Of a DNA stretch of 64,000 nt, positions 1 through 11,700 are shown piece by piece. Source of the DNA: Octopus sinensis (lineage: Eukaryota); the NCBI RefSeq assembly GCF_006345805.1, contig NC_043006.1, positions 24,614,001 through 24,678,000 of the forward strand, read 5' to 3'. The notes under the pieces are model-generated. The model did not search any database, was not told the origin of the DNA, and saw only the letters and a program-made list of their open reading frames with translations. Positions within the stretch are counted from its first letter, which is position 1; each line of letters starts with the position of its first letter. A program made the position numbers and the translations under genes.

Positions 1-312
1 AGAAACATCAAACAAAACTATCAAGACTTTTAAATTACGCATAAAGGTTTCATAGGTTTAAAAGTTATATAAATTTCATTGAAATTTATTCTAAAAGATA
101 TACAAATATCTTTATGGTTAAATTTATCATTTACTCTAATTCAACTATTTGTATGTCTGGGAGACCACAGCATTCCTACAGCTGATGCTGCTAATCCTTG
201 TAATGACAGAGTGGTGAAGAAGTTTGTGAAACTTTGATCTTGTAGACTGACCATAGTACTGAGGCAAGAAGACCAGACATGATTACAGAGGACAAAATAA
301 ACAGTGTAAGGT

Positions 313-600
313 CAGATTTCACAATTCCTTATAATAGCGAGTCAATACAAAAAAAAATTGAAAAAAATTGAGAAATATCAGCATCTAACCAGAGAGCTGA
401 GGAGACTGTGAAACACCAAGACAACAATTACTCCTATAGCAATTGGTACACCTAGCACAACACCTAGAAAGCAAGAAACACTGAAAGAAATTAGAATTGA
501 AATTTGCATTGTCAACCTGTAAGAATCCTAAGAAAGATTCTTGAGATTTGAGGTGACTTGTTGTCACCTAGCCTCAAAATAAAATAACTGCTAACTAAAT
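313..600 (+). mobile_element. Decayed 3' end of an R4/Dong-like (restriction-like endonuclease) non-LTR retrotransposon
   Basis: Manual translation DFTIPYNSE..KIEKYQHLTRELRRL*NTKTTITPIAIG resembles the REL motif EKYQDLxRExxRMW..VIPIVIG; stops present. Confidence 0.55.
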
Positions 601-774
601 TAAGACTAGAGAAATAATAATGATGATAATGATGATAGCAATAGCAATTATTGTTGTTGTTATTGCTAGCAATCAGAGTGTTTAGTAACATCTTTTCATG
701 TTCTGGGTTCAAAAGAAAAATTGAGTTTTTGATTTTCATTCTTTAGGAGTTCATGAAATAAGTTCTGGTCAATC

Positions 775-1225
775 ATCATCATCATCAACATCACTATTTT
801 AATGTCCACTTTCTTTGTGCTTGCATGGGTTGGTTTGAAATTGCTGAGACAGATTTTCTACTGTCTGAAGCCCTTCCTGTTGCCAACACTCACCTGTTTC
901 CAAGTAAAGTAATATTTCTTTGTGGGTAAACATTTTCTTAGAAGAATAGAAACAAAGTACACAGATTGTATTACAGTGTCACTCGTTTACAACCATTATG
1001 CAATGTCAAGATAAGGAAATACAAACCATTTCAGTTTCATGTAAAAAGTACCCATTTTGGCGACACATAAAAAGCACCCAGTACACTCTGAAAAGTGGTT
1101 AGCATTAGGAAGGGCATCCAGCTATGGAAACCATGCCAAAACAGACAAGTGGAGCCTGGGCAGCTCCTGTCAAACTGTCCAATCCATGCTAGCATGGAAA
1201 ACAGACTTTAAATGATGATGATGAC
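775..1225. mobile_element. Fragments of the RTE-type 3' tail repeat in both orientations
   Basis: TTAGGAAGGGCATCCAGCT...CATGCTAGCATGGAAAACAGAC-(ATG)n motif shared with many copies in the window. Confidence 0.6.
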
Positions 1226-2305
1226 AAGGAAAATACAGACATGGGCAGTGGACAACAGAATTAGCTTAGAAGTGAATAAAATGCACTAAAGTATTTCGTA
1301 ATATCTCTTAACACTGTGAGTTTAACTTCCAAGGTTGGCACTACCTTTATCTCTCCAGGAGTTAATAAAAAATAAGTATCAGTCTAGTATTGGAGTTGCT
1401 TTACTAACTAGCATTCCATATCACCCCACCAAATCATGGCTTGATGTGTATGTTATTTCACAGTAAACATTTGAGTACAATGCTACATTATGGACAGAGA
1501 ACTAAACATAAAAAAAAATAATATCTAAAGGACAGAGTGTAAAATGTATCGGTAATTAACAGAGATAGAGGTACCACTTAAATAAATAATGCAAAATAGG
1601 ATGTTATATCAAAGATATAATTGCGAATAGTGTTTTATAAAGAACAAAGTATAAAATGTGACATATTAATAAGCAGCTATGACATTAGTGAAATATTTAC
1701 AAGTATGATTTAAGTTATTTCTATTCATAAATAGTCACAATATTATAGATTATAATACCATGTTGACATGCTACTACAGATTTTTCAGCATTTTCATCAA
1801 CAAAAACCAGTTTTGAAATTAAATTTATAGTTGGTCAACCTAAATTGAATGTTTACATTTTTAAAAGCGAAATATAAATAGCCCTTCTTAGGAGAGAGAA
1901 TTAAGATGTTATGTTTTCATTTTTGAAAAAAACAAAACAAAACAAAGAAATACAAAAAGAAATACCACAATTGCATTGAAAAATATATTTCAGAAATATA
2001 CACATATTAAAGAACTTCAAACAAATTTCAAATATTTTTCAAGAAATACTATAAAGAATATATCTTTGAAGTCAGAATTTCTGATGATAATAATAATAAT
2101 ACTATTAGCATAAAAAATTCCAAAAGATGAAACAAAATACTTCGAACATTTTAGACACAAACGACATGGAATGCTGCATATCCAAAAGTGCTTTATAAAG
2201 GAAAATAAAAGAAATAGTACAATTGACACTGATCTCATAGCATACAATGAACACAAGATAGAAAAAAAATAGTAAGATACAATAAATATATACATAAATG
2301 TATAC

Positions 2306-2319
<14 letters not shown>

Positions 2320-2372
<53 letters not shown>
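2320..2372. repeat. (TA)n microsatellite
   Basis: Direct reading; explains the YIYI-type ORFs. Confidence 0.95.
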
Positions 2373-2374
<2 letters not shown>

Positions 2375-2392
2375 CAACAAGAATGACTCCAA

Positions 2393-2485
2393 TAATTTGG
2401 TACGATCGTTTCGTACTACATCATTTTATTAAATGTTGTAAGTGTTACAACAGTTTTAAAATGCTGAGCACTCATCAGCCAATAA
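2393..2485 (-). ncRNA. Type I hammerhead ribozyme (minus arm)
   Basis: Reverse strand TTATTGG-CTGATGA-GTGCT...AGTAC-GAAA-CGATCG-TA-CCAAATTA; CUGAUGA at 2478-2472, GAAA at 2412-2409, GUA at 2403-2401. Confidence 0.8.
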
Positions 2486-2643
2486 TAGAGGTTTTCCATT
2501 AATACAAAAATTTTCATATCAAGTGGCAACATTATAGAGCAGGTAGATACATAGACAAAGATGTGGATTTAAATTTTAAGAACATTTGAGGTAGTGGAGC
2601 CCATCAACTGACTGACTAAGATTCAGTTGTTCCAGACTACTGA

Positions 2644-2731
2644 ATAATTGGCTGATGAGTGCTCAGCATTTTAAAACTGTTGTAATACTTACATTTAATA
2701 AAATGTAGTACGAAACGATCGTACCAAATTA
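2644..2731 (+). ncRNA. Type I hammerhead ribozyme (plus arm)
   Basis: TAATTGG-CTGATGA(2652-2658)-GTGCT...AGTAC-GAAA(2712-2715)-CGATCG-TA; stem I TTGG/CCAA, stem II GTGCT/AGTAC, palindromic stem III ACGATCGT, predicted cut after 2723. Confidence 0.8.
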
Positions 2732-3684
2732 CTGGAGTCATTCTTGTTGCTTATTTTGATTATATATATACATAGCAAACAAGTAGCAAATATGTCCAAG
2801 TATCAATGCATTACGCCCATTTTCAAGTGGTTCAATTACATCAATTTGAAAGAAACTGTTTGCCTCAGATGCAGACGATCATATAAATTTCTAATACAAA
2901 GGATAAACCATTTTTTAGCACAATTTACATCAATGCTAGAAACCAAAACACTTACATTGCTTCCCTTTGCTATGCTTGTAGCAGAATGAATTTAGGGAAA
3001 GAATGTATTTCTAAAGCCTACTATAATGTAGAGAGTAACAGAGGAAAATCTAATTTAATTTATTTATAAATTCATTGTGGATAAATTTTATCATGACCAC
3101 CATATCATTATACTTAGGAAAGGCCTTACGAACATTCTCTTATATATCAAAGTACCCCATTTTCCTTTATATTGTTCAAAACTTCTTTGCTAAATTTTCA
3201 ATATGATAAATTGGCTGTTATGAAACACCTTGTAACCCTTGGTTCTAATTCCCACCTGTAGAACTTATTTTGATCTCTTTTGTTCTCCACTTTATTTCAC
3301 TTATATTTGATAATCTAGGTATGTACTAGCAACCCCTGCCCTTCCACCTTATAGTTATCACCTCTACTCCATCAGTCATTCTCTTACTAGCAGCTCTGAG
3401 ACGTATACTTTTATGTACCTAAAGCTAGATATATCGTCTCAGTAAAATAAGGTTTGAGGAGAATATCTCACATTAATTAATTTATCCCGATCAACTGGAA
3501 CTCAACTGTCAATTTCCAATGGGTTTAACTCTAAAGGGTTGTAAACTATATGCTGTATGATATAAATAAAATATAGGTGAATATCTAATATCTCACCATT
3601 CCTTTTTCTTGATATCCAGTATTTTACTCAGCTACTCTCATATACATATCTTTATATATATATATCTTTATACATACATATATA

Positions 3685-3890
3685 TGATAGATCGTTAGCT
3701 CCTACATACATTTTTTTCTCTCCTTGTTTTTTTCTGTGTATCTTTCTGTCGAAGAGCGCAGGCTCTAAATGTAAAAGACTTTTTCTATTTATATTCCTGA
3801 CCGCTATACTAATACATTTGTTTGTTTGTACTCCACCTACCTTCGTCTTATGTTTATTTTCGTAAACTTTCCCGTTATATATATATAAAT
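3685..3890 (+). mobile_element. Penelope pLTR-like remnant with a degenerate minimal hammerhead at 3741-3778
   Basis: TCTTT-CTGTCGA-A-GAGC-GCAG-GCTC-TAAA-TGTA-AAAGA: stems I and II intact, core mutated. Confidence 0.45.
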
Positions 3891-3892
3891 AT

Positions 3893-4373
3893 AGTGCTTG
3901 GTCACTTCAAACGAACTTTTGCATTGGTGCTGAGAGAGTTCGATGCAGCTGCCCTCATCTGCACCTCCTGCCATGAAGTTGGTTCATCTGGGACACCTGA
4001 CAGGAAGAGATCCAGTTTTATTTTAAAGACATCGGCATCCACCCCATGCAGGTCTCTTAGGTTCTTCGGGAGAATATTGAAGAGCTGTGGGCCTCTGAAG
4101 CCCAGGCTATCACAGTATCTTGTCCTACATCTTGATGGCAAATTTGGAGTCCTTGGCACTATGCAGTGGCACCCAGTTCTAGCATTTGTGTAACTCTCGA
4201 TGCCAAAGTTTGGGACAAGTCCTTCTAGGATCTTCCAGATGTATATTATGGCATATCTTTCTCGCCTACGCCCTAAGGAATAGTCTTAATCTCTTGAGTC
4301 TTTCCCAGTAGCTTATATGCTGTACAGAGGTTATCTTCTTAATGTAGCTTCATTGGATCGCCTCAAGTTCTAT
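3893..4373 (-). mobile_element. 3' end of a CR1/L2-group LINE ORF2
   Basis: LEAIQ*SYIKKITSVQHISYWERLKRL..RERYAIIYIWKILEGLVPN..GPQLFNILPKNLRDL..FKIKLDLFLSGVPDEP, typical LINE ORF2 C-terminus. Confidence 0.8.
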
Positions 4374-4374
4374 A

Positions 4375-6235
4375 ATTAACTTGACACTGGATGGTGATGA
4401 AAGAGCCAAAAAAGAAGTAAAAGGAGGAAAAACTAAAAGAAAAACAAAAGATGAAACAGCCAAAGAAGGAAAAACTAAAACAAAACCAAAAGATGAAAGA
4501 GCCAAGGATAGAAGCAAACCTGACTATCCATATACCAAAAAGGATAGAAAGAGACAGCGCACACGAATGTGTAAATTCTACCTGAAAGGTGTCTGCTGGC
4601 ATGGAGAGGAAGGTGCAGGCTGCCGTTTTGCACACCAAAGACCCTGCCACATAAACATGAAACAGGGCAGAAACCAACTGCCAAAAGGAAAAGGAATGGA
4701 CCACGCACCACCTGCCCCAAAAACGGAGGTACGCAGATGTAGTGCATGCTACAAACCACCAACATGTTATTGAAAGGGCAGCTGCAGAACAAGAATCTTT
4801 TTTGTGCATGGCACAAAAGATTGTACAACAGCTAACCTGGCTCCATCAAACTCAAACTCGCAGATGGGACTATCCACAATACACAAGAATGCCACAGCAA
4901 ATAGACCCAAGGTGGACACCACTGGCGACAGCACACACATCACCTCGATGCTCCTACTGAACATCAGAGGACTGCTAACACTCAGTAACAGGACAAAAAT
5001 CCCTTTCTTAAGAGACCTTGTTGCATGCAATCAAGCCTTATGCATAGTACTTACGGAAACACACCTGAAACCAGACATAGTAGATGCGGAAATACACATA
5101 CCACATAATGTTGTACTACAGACTGACAGAAAAGAAAGGACTCATGGAGGAGTTGCTATGTACATCCGAGAGGACCTCACACCACAGGTCCTTTTGTCAT
5201 ACTCAAATTCAGTGTGTGACACACTAATTGTACATTTAAGGCAACTTGGTGTAGTTATATGTGCTGCATATCGCCCTCCAGATGCTCCAAGCCATGTAGG
5301 CAAGTTTGATGACTGCCTTATAAAAATTGAAGACGTTCTAGTTACATTAGAACAACACATAAGTGTACTTCTTATGGGAGACTTCAATCAGCCCAATGTC
5401 AGATGGCCCAAGGGCCTTTCTCTCCCAGGAATAACACGATGCGAACGAGGACAGGCGAGGTCCCTCCTGAACCTCATCAACACTCTGTACATGGAGCAAA
5501 TAATACTCCAACCAACCAGGGCAGGTAACATACTGGATCTCTGCTTCACAAATAATATGGATCTCATCCATAATGTGAAAGTGACACCGACACTACTCTC
5601 GGATCACAACATGGTAGAGCTGACCATGTACAGGCCAAAGGAAAGCATGGACATGCAGTCTACAAGAAACTCTCAGAATCTGTCCAGCTTGAACTTCCAT
5701 AAGGCAAGCTGGAAACAAATTGAGAAAGAGATCCTCAAACAAAACTGGCCTGAACGTCTCTCCTCGCCAGACATCGACATGAAACTTCAACAATTCATGT
5801 CTGTAATGCAAGCCATATGCTACAAATGTGTCCCAGAGAGAAAGGCCACTGTACACAAGAACAAAATCCCCAGAGAGAGGAAAATTCTAATGAGACGGCG
5901 TACAAAAGTTTCAAATCACCTAAACAAACAAATTGAAAGCAGTGAAAAGTCCCGCCTGAAAATAAAACTGTTGGAAATTGAAAAATGTCTGCAACTCTCC
6001 CATGAAAAAGAAAGAGCAGACAAAGGAGCCTGGGCTATAGACAACATAAAATCTAACCCCAGAGCTTTCTACAGGTATGCCAAAGAAACAGCTACGGTGC
6101 ACTGTAGGATAGGGCCACTCCTCGAAAAGGATGGCACACTCACAGGAAATCCAATGAGGATAAGTGAAATACTAAATGAGCAATTCAAGAGTATTTTCAC
6201 TCCACCCCTAGGGCATTTTCAAGTCAGCAATCCTG
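4375..6235 (+). mobile_element. 5' part of a CR1/L2-group LINE: CCCH zinc fingers in frame with an AP endonuclease domain
   Basis: CKFYLKGVCWHGEEGAGCRFAH finger; APE motifs LLNIRGL, ETHL, YRPP, MGDFN, TRAGNILDLCFTN, SDH; ORFs 4381-4773 and 4804-6261 share one frame separated by a single TGA. Confidence 0.85.
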
Positions 6236-7338
6236 TCTTGAATTCCTCCGTTATTGCCTGAAGGACTATGATAAATAGGAGGGGGCTGAGGATTGAACCC
6301 TGGTGGACCCCTACCTCTACCCGGAATTCTTCACTGTACTCGTTGACCCTGTCAAAGGCTTTCTCCATGTCAACGAAAGCCAGGTACAGAGGTTTATCTT
6401 TGGCTAGGTATTTCTCCTGCAGCTGTCTTACCAGGAATATAGCATCAGTGGTGCTTTTCCCTGGCACGAACCCAAACTGCATCTCATCTAAACTAACTCT
6501 TTCTAATTAGTTGGGCTATGACCCTCTCCATGACCTTCATTACTTGATCCAGCAATTTGATACCTCTGTAATTATTTGTATCTAGAGCGTCATCTTTGTA
6601 GCAGTTGACTATTATACTTCTACACCAGTCATTGGGTATGACTCCTTCGTGTATCACCTGGTTAACTATACAGGTGACTAGGCTATAGCCGACACTGCCA
6701 GATATTTTGTGCATCTCTGCAGTGATTCCTGATGGGCCGGGGGCTTTCCCTGCCTTCATACTCTTGATTGCTTTAACTACCAAGGTACCGTCAATTCGGA
6801 TAGCTGGTCCCTCTGTTGGGTCGACATTCGGCAAACTCTTTCTCCCATTCATTCTCTTTACTGAGCAACCTTTCATGGTGGCGTCTCCAAACCTCTCTCT
6901 TGGCAGCCTCATTTAGTGCAAGTGAACCATCATCCATATGGATACATTTCTCTCCTACCACATCACGATTCTCTCTCACACACTGTCTTGCAACAAGAAA
7001 TACTTCAAGTCTTTGATCCTCATGGCGCAGAACATTGGCATATTATTTCTTATCTGCTTCCCCTCTGGCAGTCTGATACAATTCCCTGCTACCACCGTTC
7101 TTCCAGTCCTTCCAAATCTGCTTCTTTTCTCTAATAGCCCTGTCAACTACATTGTTCCACCACCATGTTATTTTGGGTCGAGAAGGGACTTTGCACCATC
7201 CAGACATCTGGTCAGTGGCCCTCAGCAGGTTGTCCCGTTGAAACCTCCAGTTGTCTTCTACATTGTGTGAAGCTATATCCCCTTCTAGGCTTTGAGTAAT
7301 ATGTCTCTAAATCTCTGTCCATTTGCAGGATCTTTATA
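6236..7338 (-). mobile_element. RTE LINE reverse transcriptase fragment with internal deletions
   Basis: ORFs with KAPGPSG, NYRGIKLL, QFGFVPGKSTTDAIF, FVDMEKAFDRV, GVHQGSILSPLLF. Confidence 0.85.
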
Positions 7339-7359
7339 CATATATATAAGTATATATCA

Positions 7360-7830
7360 TCATCATCATCATCGTTTAACATCTGCTTTCCATGCTGGCA
7401 TGGGTTGGATGGTTTGACTGAGGACTGGTGAGCCAGAAGGCTGCACCAGGCTCAATTTGATCTGGCAAAGTTTCTACAGCTGGATGCCCTTCCTAACGCC
7501 AACCACTCCAAGAGTGTAGTGGGTGCTTTTACACGCTAGTAGCATGTGGGCCCATCAGGCGGTTCTGGTAACGACCACACTCAAAAGGTGTTGTTTCACG
7601 AGCTTCCTGCATAGGAACCAGTCTGGCAGCACTGGCAATGACCACATTCAAATGTTGCTTTACATGTGCCATTAAGGTGATTCTGGCAACGAACACGCTC
7701 GAATGGTGCTTTTTATGTGCCACCAGCATGGGAGCCAGTCCATGGTGTTGGCAACGATCATGCTCAGATGTGCTTTTAACGTTCCACTGGCACGGTACTG
7801 TCATCGGCCACGTCAACAATTTTGATTTCA
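7360..7830 (-). mobile_element. RTE 3' UTR/tail repeat
   Basis: (CAT)n-CGTTTAAC...CATGCTGGCATGGGTTGG...CTGGATGCCCTTCCTAACGCCAACC followed by GTGCCAC-type repeats. Confidence 0.75.
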
Positions 7831-7921
7831 TACATACATATACATGCATATATACATATACATACATACATATAGATACATATACATACATACACACATA
7901 CATTTATATATATATATATAT

Positions 7922-7992
<71 letters not shown>
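7828..7992. repeat. Compound (TACA)n/(TA)n/(CA)n microsatellite
   Basis: Direct reading. Confidence 0.95.
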
Positions 7993-8270
7993 TTCACAGA
8001 ATGATCTCCTCTTTGGATATGTACAAGAAATACACATACACACGTGCATGTGTGTATGTATGCATATTTGTATATATAAAAACAAAAGGAATATTTGAAT
8101 AAATTTTCTTTACATTCATGAAGCAACTTACATATTGAAAGGATAAGCATTGACATTTGGATGGTAAGGAATTAAACAACACCTAAAATAAACTGAATTC
8201 CACAAAAACACAATAAGACACAAAATAAAGACACTTAGCACAAGATAGAAAAAGAAACTAGCATGACTGC

Positions 8271-8473
8271 TTAAATGTTTGTGCATGTAGAATGGAGGTT
8301 ATGGAATTCACCTGTTGATGAATTTGTGGCCTTATTCCGCTGGATAGGAACAACTGTAGCCACCAGATTTCCATATCGATTGGGTTCTAAATGGCGATGG
8401 GGAGGAAGTGTAAGATATGACTGCAAAACTCTCCGTTCCATAGTGGGGCTCCATCTCCTTCTTGAAAAGAGTG
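8271..8473 (-). CDS. Probable terminal coding exon of an unidentified gene (..LFSRRRWSPTMERRVLQSYLTLPPHRHLEPNRYGNLVATVVPIQRNKATNSSTGEFHNLHSTCTNI*)
   Basis: Acceptor ttctattgtacag, phase 1, 66 open codons then TAA; less AT-rich than flanks; phase matches the 8642-8698 exon. Confidence 0.6.
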
Positions 8474-8641
8474 CTGTACAATAGAAAAAGATATTTCATC
8501 TCCATTGACTTATAAATGAATATGTTGGCAACATTTCACCAAATTGATACTAAGAATAATACCTGGGTCTGTGTGAAAGTGTATATATGTGAATGTTTGT
8601 GAGCAGCAATACAATATTCTTCACATGTTGAAAACAGTTAC

Positions 8642-8698
8642 TTAGTGATGAGAAAATGAGAAAATTGTCAAGGTATTTGGTGAAATACATCTCAGAAA
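8642..8698 (-). CDS. Probable 57-nt internal exon (xSEMYFTKYLDNFLIFSSL)
   Basis: Acceptor ctttcttgtag, donor CTAA/gtaact, phase 1-1, joins in frame to the 8271-8473 exon. Confidence 0.5.
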   Translation of the reverse strand, partial: FLRCISPNTLTIFSFSHH

Positions 8699-9184
8699 CT
8701 ACAAGAAAGATAGAAAACAATTCACTTTTAATAGAGAAACGGCCAATTGAATTTTTTTTTTTTTAAAGTATAAGAAAATCTTTGGAATGTGCTATCTTCA
8801 AATGAACCTGGAGTGAAATGAAAACATCTCAATAATAAATAAAAAGAAAAGATATCAAAATCTCTCTCTCTCTCTCATATTGGTATTTTTTCATTTATTT
8901 ATTTCCTTTATTCTCTTGTCTGAGAATAATTTGTTGATAATAGAGTATATACATTTGGTCTATTTGCATGTTATTGACATATCAATGAAGTTATATAACC
9001 TGTTTGCAGATTTATTTCATAAATTGATTATGTTTCAACTCAGAATGTCTTAGGAAGTGAATGAACATGATGGTTTTGCATATATTGCATAACTTTAAAT
9101 AAGGTATGGAATCAACAATATTCATTTCATAACATTGATGTGACTTCTCTTTTCCTCACTCAAATAATTATTTATAGATATATG

Positions 9185-10453
9185 TTAGGTTCTCCAGAAA
9201 GTTATGCATGTTTTTAAGCTAAATCTTTTAATGCTTCACTGAACACATTTGAAATGTAACACAGTTGCTTCAAGTAGTAGTGCATATCTTCTTCGTTCCT
9301 GACTAAAAATAGATTTATCTTTCATTCCGGTTATCCTTTATTGACATTTGAAATGGATAACCAAAAATTTCATATTTGCGTTATAATGCTTTGCTTTTCT
9401 AAAAAAAGAGAAAATACTGCAAAGACTTGCAAAAACATTTGTGAAGCTTATGGTGATGATGCTTAGGTGAATCAACTGTTCAAAGGTGGTTTGCAAAATT
9501 TAAAGCTGCATAGTTTAGCTTGGAAGATAACAGTCACAGTGGAAGACCTTCAAAGCTGGATGAAGATGTTTTGAAGGCAAAAATCAAAGAAAACTCAAAT
9601 ATCACAACTAGAGAACTTGCAGAGGAATTGGAAGTTTCTAAAAGTACAGCTCATGAACACCTAGTGAAGCTAGGATGCATTTCTCACTATAATGTATGGG
9701 TCCCTCACAAACTCTCAGAAAAGAAATGCTTGGACTGGTATTCCATTTGTGATATGCTTTTGAAACAGAATGAAAGCATATCTTCTTTTGATACAACTTG
9801 TGACTGGAGATGGAAAATGGATTGTGTACAAAAATGCAGTGTGAAAAAGATCCTGGAGTTTAAGTAAGGGTCCTCCAAAACAGCAACCAAAGATGAATAT
9901 GCATGCCAAAAAAGTTATGCTTTGTGTTTGGTGGGATCATAAAGGCATTATTTATTATGAGATTCTCCCACAAAATCAGATCATTAATTCTGATGTGCAC
10001 TGTCACCAGCTGGATAATTTGAACCAAAAAAAATCAAAGAATTGAGGCCAGAGATTGCCAACAGGAAAGGGATAGTGTTCCAAGACAATACCCAACCATA
10101 TGTGTCTTTGGCTAACCAAACAAAGTTACATGAACCTCGCTGGGATCTCTTACCCAATCCACCATATTCTCCTGATATTGCACCATCTGACTACCACTTG
10201 TTTTTGTCTCTACAGAACGCGTTGCAAAGAAAAACATTTAAGGATTTAGATGGAGTCAAAATGTAACTAGATAACTTTTTTCTTCAAAACTAGTCAAATT
10301 TTATGCTGATGGATATTTAAATTGTCTGATAGATGGGCAAAGGTCATTAATAATAATGGAAATTATTTCATTGAATTAAATTTATTGAAAAGTCAATTAC
10401 TTATATCCCTTTTTGCATATTAAAAAATGCTCAGAACTTTCCAGACAACTTTA
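9185..10453 (+). mobile_element. Full-length decayed mariner (DD34D) transposon
   Basis: Imperfect TIRs ttaggttctccagaaagtt / aactttccagacaacttta next to TA; motifs SGRP, WVPHKL, LVTGDGKW, FQDN, YSPDIAPSDYHLF; frameshifts and stops. Confidence 0.9.
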
Positions 10454-11254
10454 TAAAATACACACACACACACACACACAGGTATAGATATATATGTAAT
10501 ATGTTGTTTGACTATGAAATATATGCCTTTTGTCAATTAATTTTTCAAACAACATAGGTATGTAACACTTCAGCCTGAAGCTTGCTCAGAGGTTCTTAAT
10601 GAAACTAGCAAATTTATAATACATCCCTTTATACAGGAGTATATCTACGACTAGACCTTGTAGTTAACATGATTTAATGCTGCAAAATTATAACCAAATC
10701 CTTTAGTAATTATCTAATTATTGAAATAACAAAATAAAAATGTTAATAACCTTACTAAGCACAATTAGTGTGCAAAAGAATAAATATTTATGTAAAAATG
10801 TAATAAGCAATGTTACCTTTTTTAAGGCTAGTGAGGTATCACTTAATAACTGATCAGTTCTAATGAGCTTTTCCTAACCTTAATGCCTGTTCCAGATAGT
10901 AAGTGAACTAAAATAACCAGAATAAAGTCCTTGTTCAAAAATACAATAAATACTCTGCAGTAAACTGGATCTAATTTTGCAACTAATCACCACAGACTGT
11001 ACATACTTAAGAGTATGACAGATGTAGACAGCTATGAGTGGATCAGAATTATATCCAAACATGACACCCAAATTGTTTATAATTTTATTTGTAACACTTT
11101 TTCTATATATGTAAAAACTTTATCATCTGGCCAAGTCAGTTTGAGATTACTGTACTATGCTGATGTAGTTTTACAAACAGATTGAAGCACTTCCATAATT
11201 GTCTATTGTCTGCAAACAAAAATCCATCTCTTTTCCTTTATATGTGTAAATTAA

Positions 11255-11412
11255 TAGGCAGGACTGTGTGGTAAGAAGCTCGCTTACCAACCACATGGTT
11301 CTGGGTTCAGTTCCACTATGTGGCACCTTGGGCAAGTGTCTTCTACTATAGCCTTGGACTGACCAAAGCCTCATGGGTGCATTTGGTAGACGGAAACTGA
11401 AAGAAGCCCATC

Positions 11413-11463
<51 letters not shown>

Positions 11464-11700
11464 GATATTTATGTGTGTGTGTGTGTTTGATCTGTGTTTG
11501 TCTCCCCACCATCATCGCTTCACAACTGATGTTGGTGTGTTTATATCCCCCCGTAACTTAGCAGTTTGGCAAAAAAGACCAATAGAATAATTACCAGGCT
11601 TACAAAGAATAAGTCCTGGGATCAATTTCTTCAACTAAAATCCTTTAAGATAGTGCTCCAGCATAGCCACAGTCAAATGACTGGAACAAGTAAAAGAATA
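11255..11700 (+). mobile_element. tRNA-headed CORE-like SINE
   Basis: B box GGTTCAGTTCC, CCTTGGGCAAGTGTC core, internal microsatellite, tail CAAATGACTGGAACAAGTAAAAGA; related copies at 34350, 44176, 45567, 46312. Confidence 0.75.

Larger units (their letters stand above)
2371..2753. mobile_element. Palindromic non-autonomous Penelope-like element (family A) with a hammerhead ribozyme in each arm
   Basis: Inverted arms 2371-2485 and 2644-2753 around a ~160-bp spacer; each arm holds a complete hammerhead core. Confidence 0.75.

Noticed and set aside
245-312. TEARRPDMITEDKINSVR as a mariner N-terminal scrap
   Set aside because: Too short and diverged, with no TIR or catalytic motifs
3396-3442. 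CTGAGACG/CGTCTCAG hairpin as a hammerhead
   Set aside because: No complete CUGANGA and no GAAA at the required position
10817-10907. Minus-strand segment with good acceptor and donor
   Set aside because: Stops in all three frames
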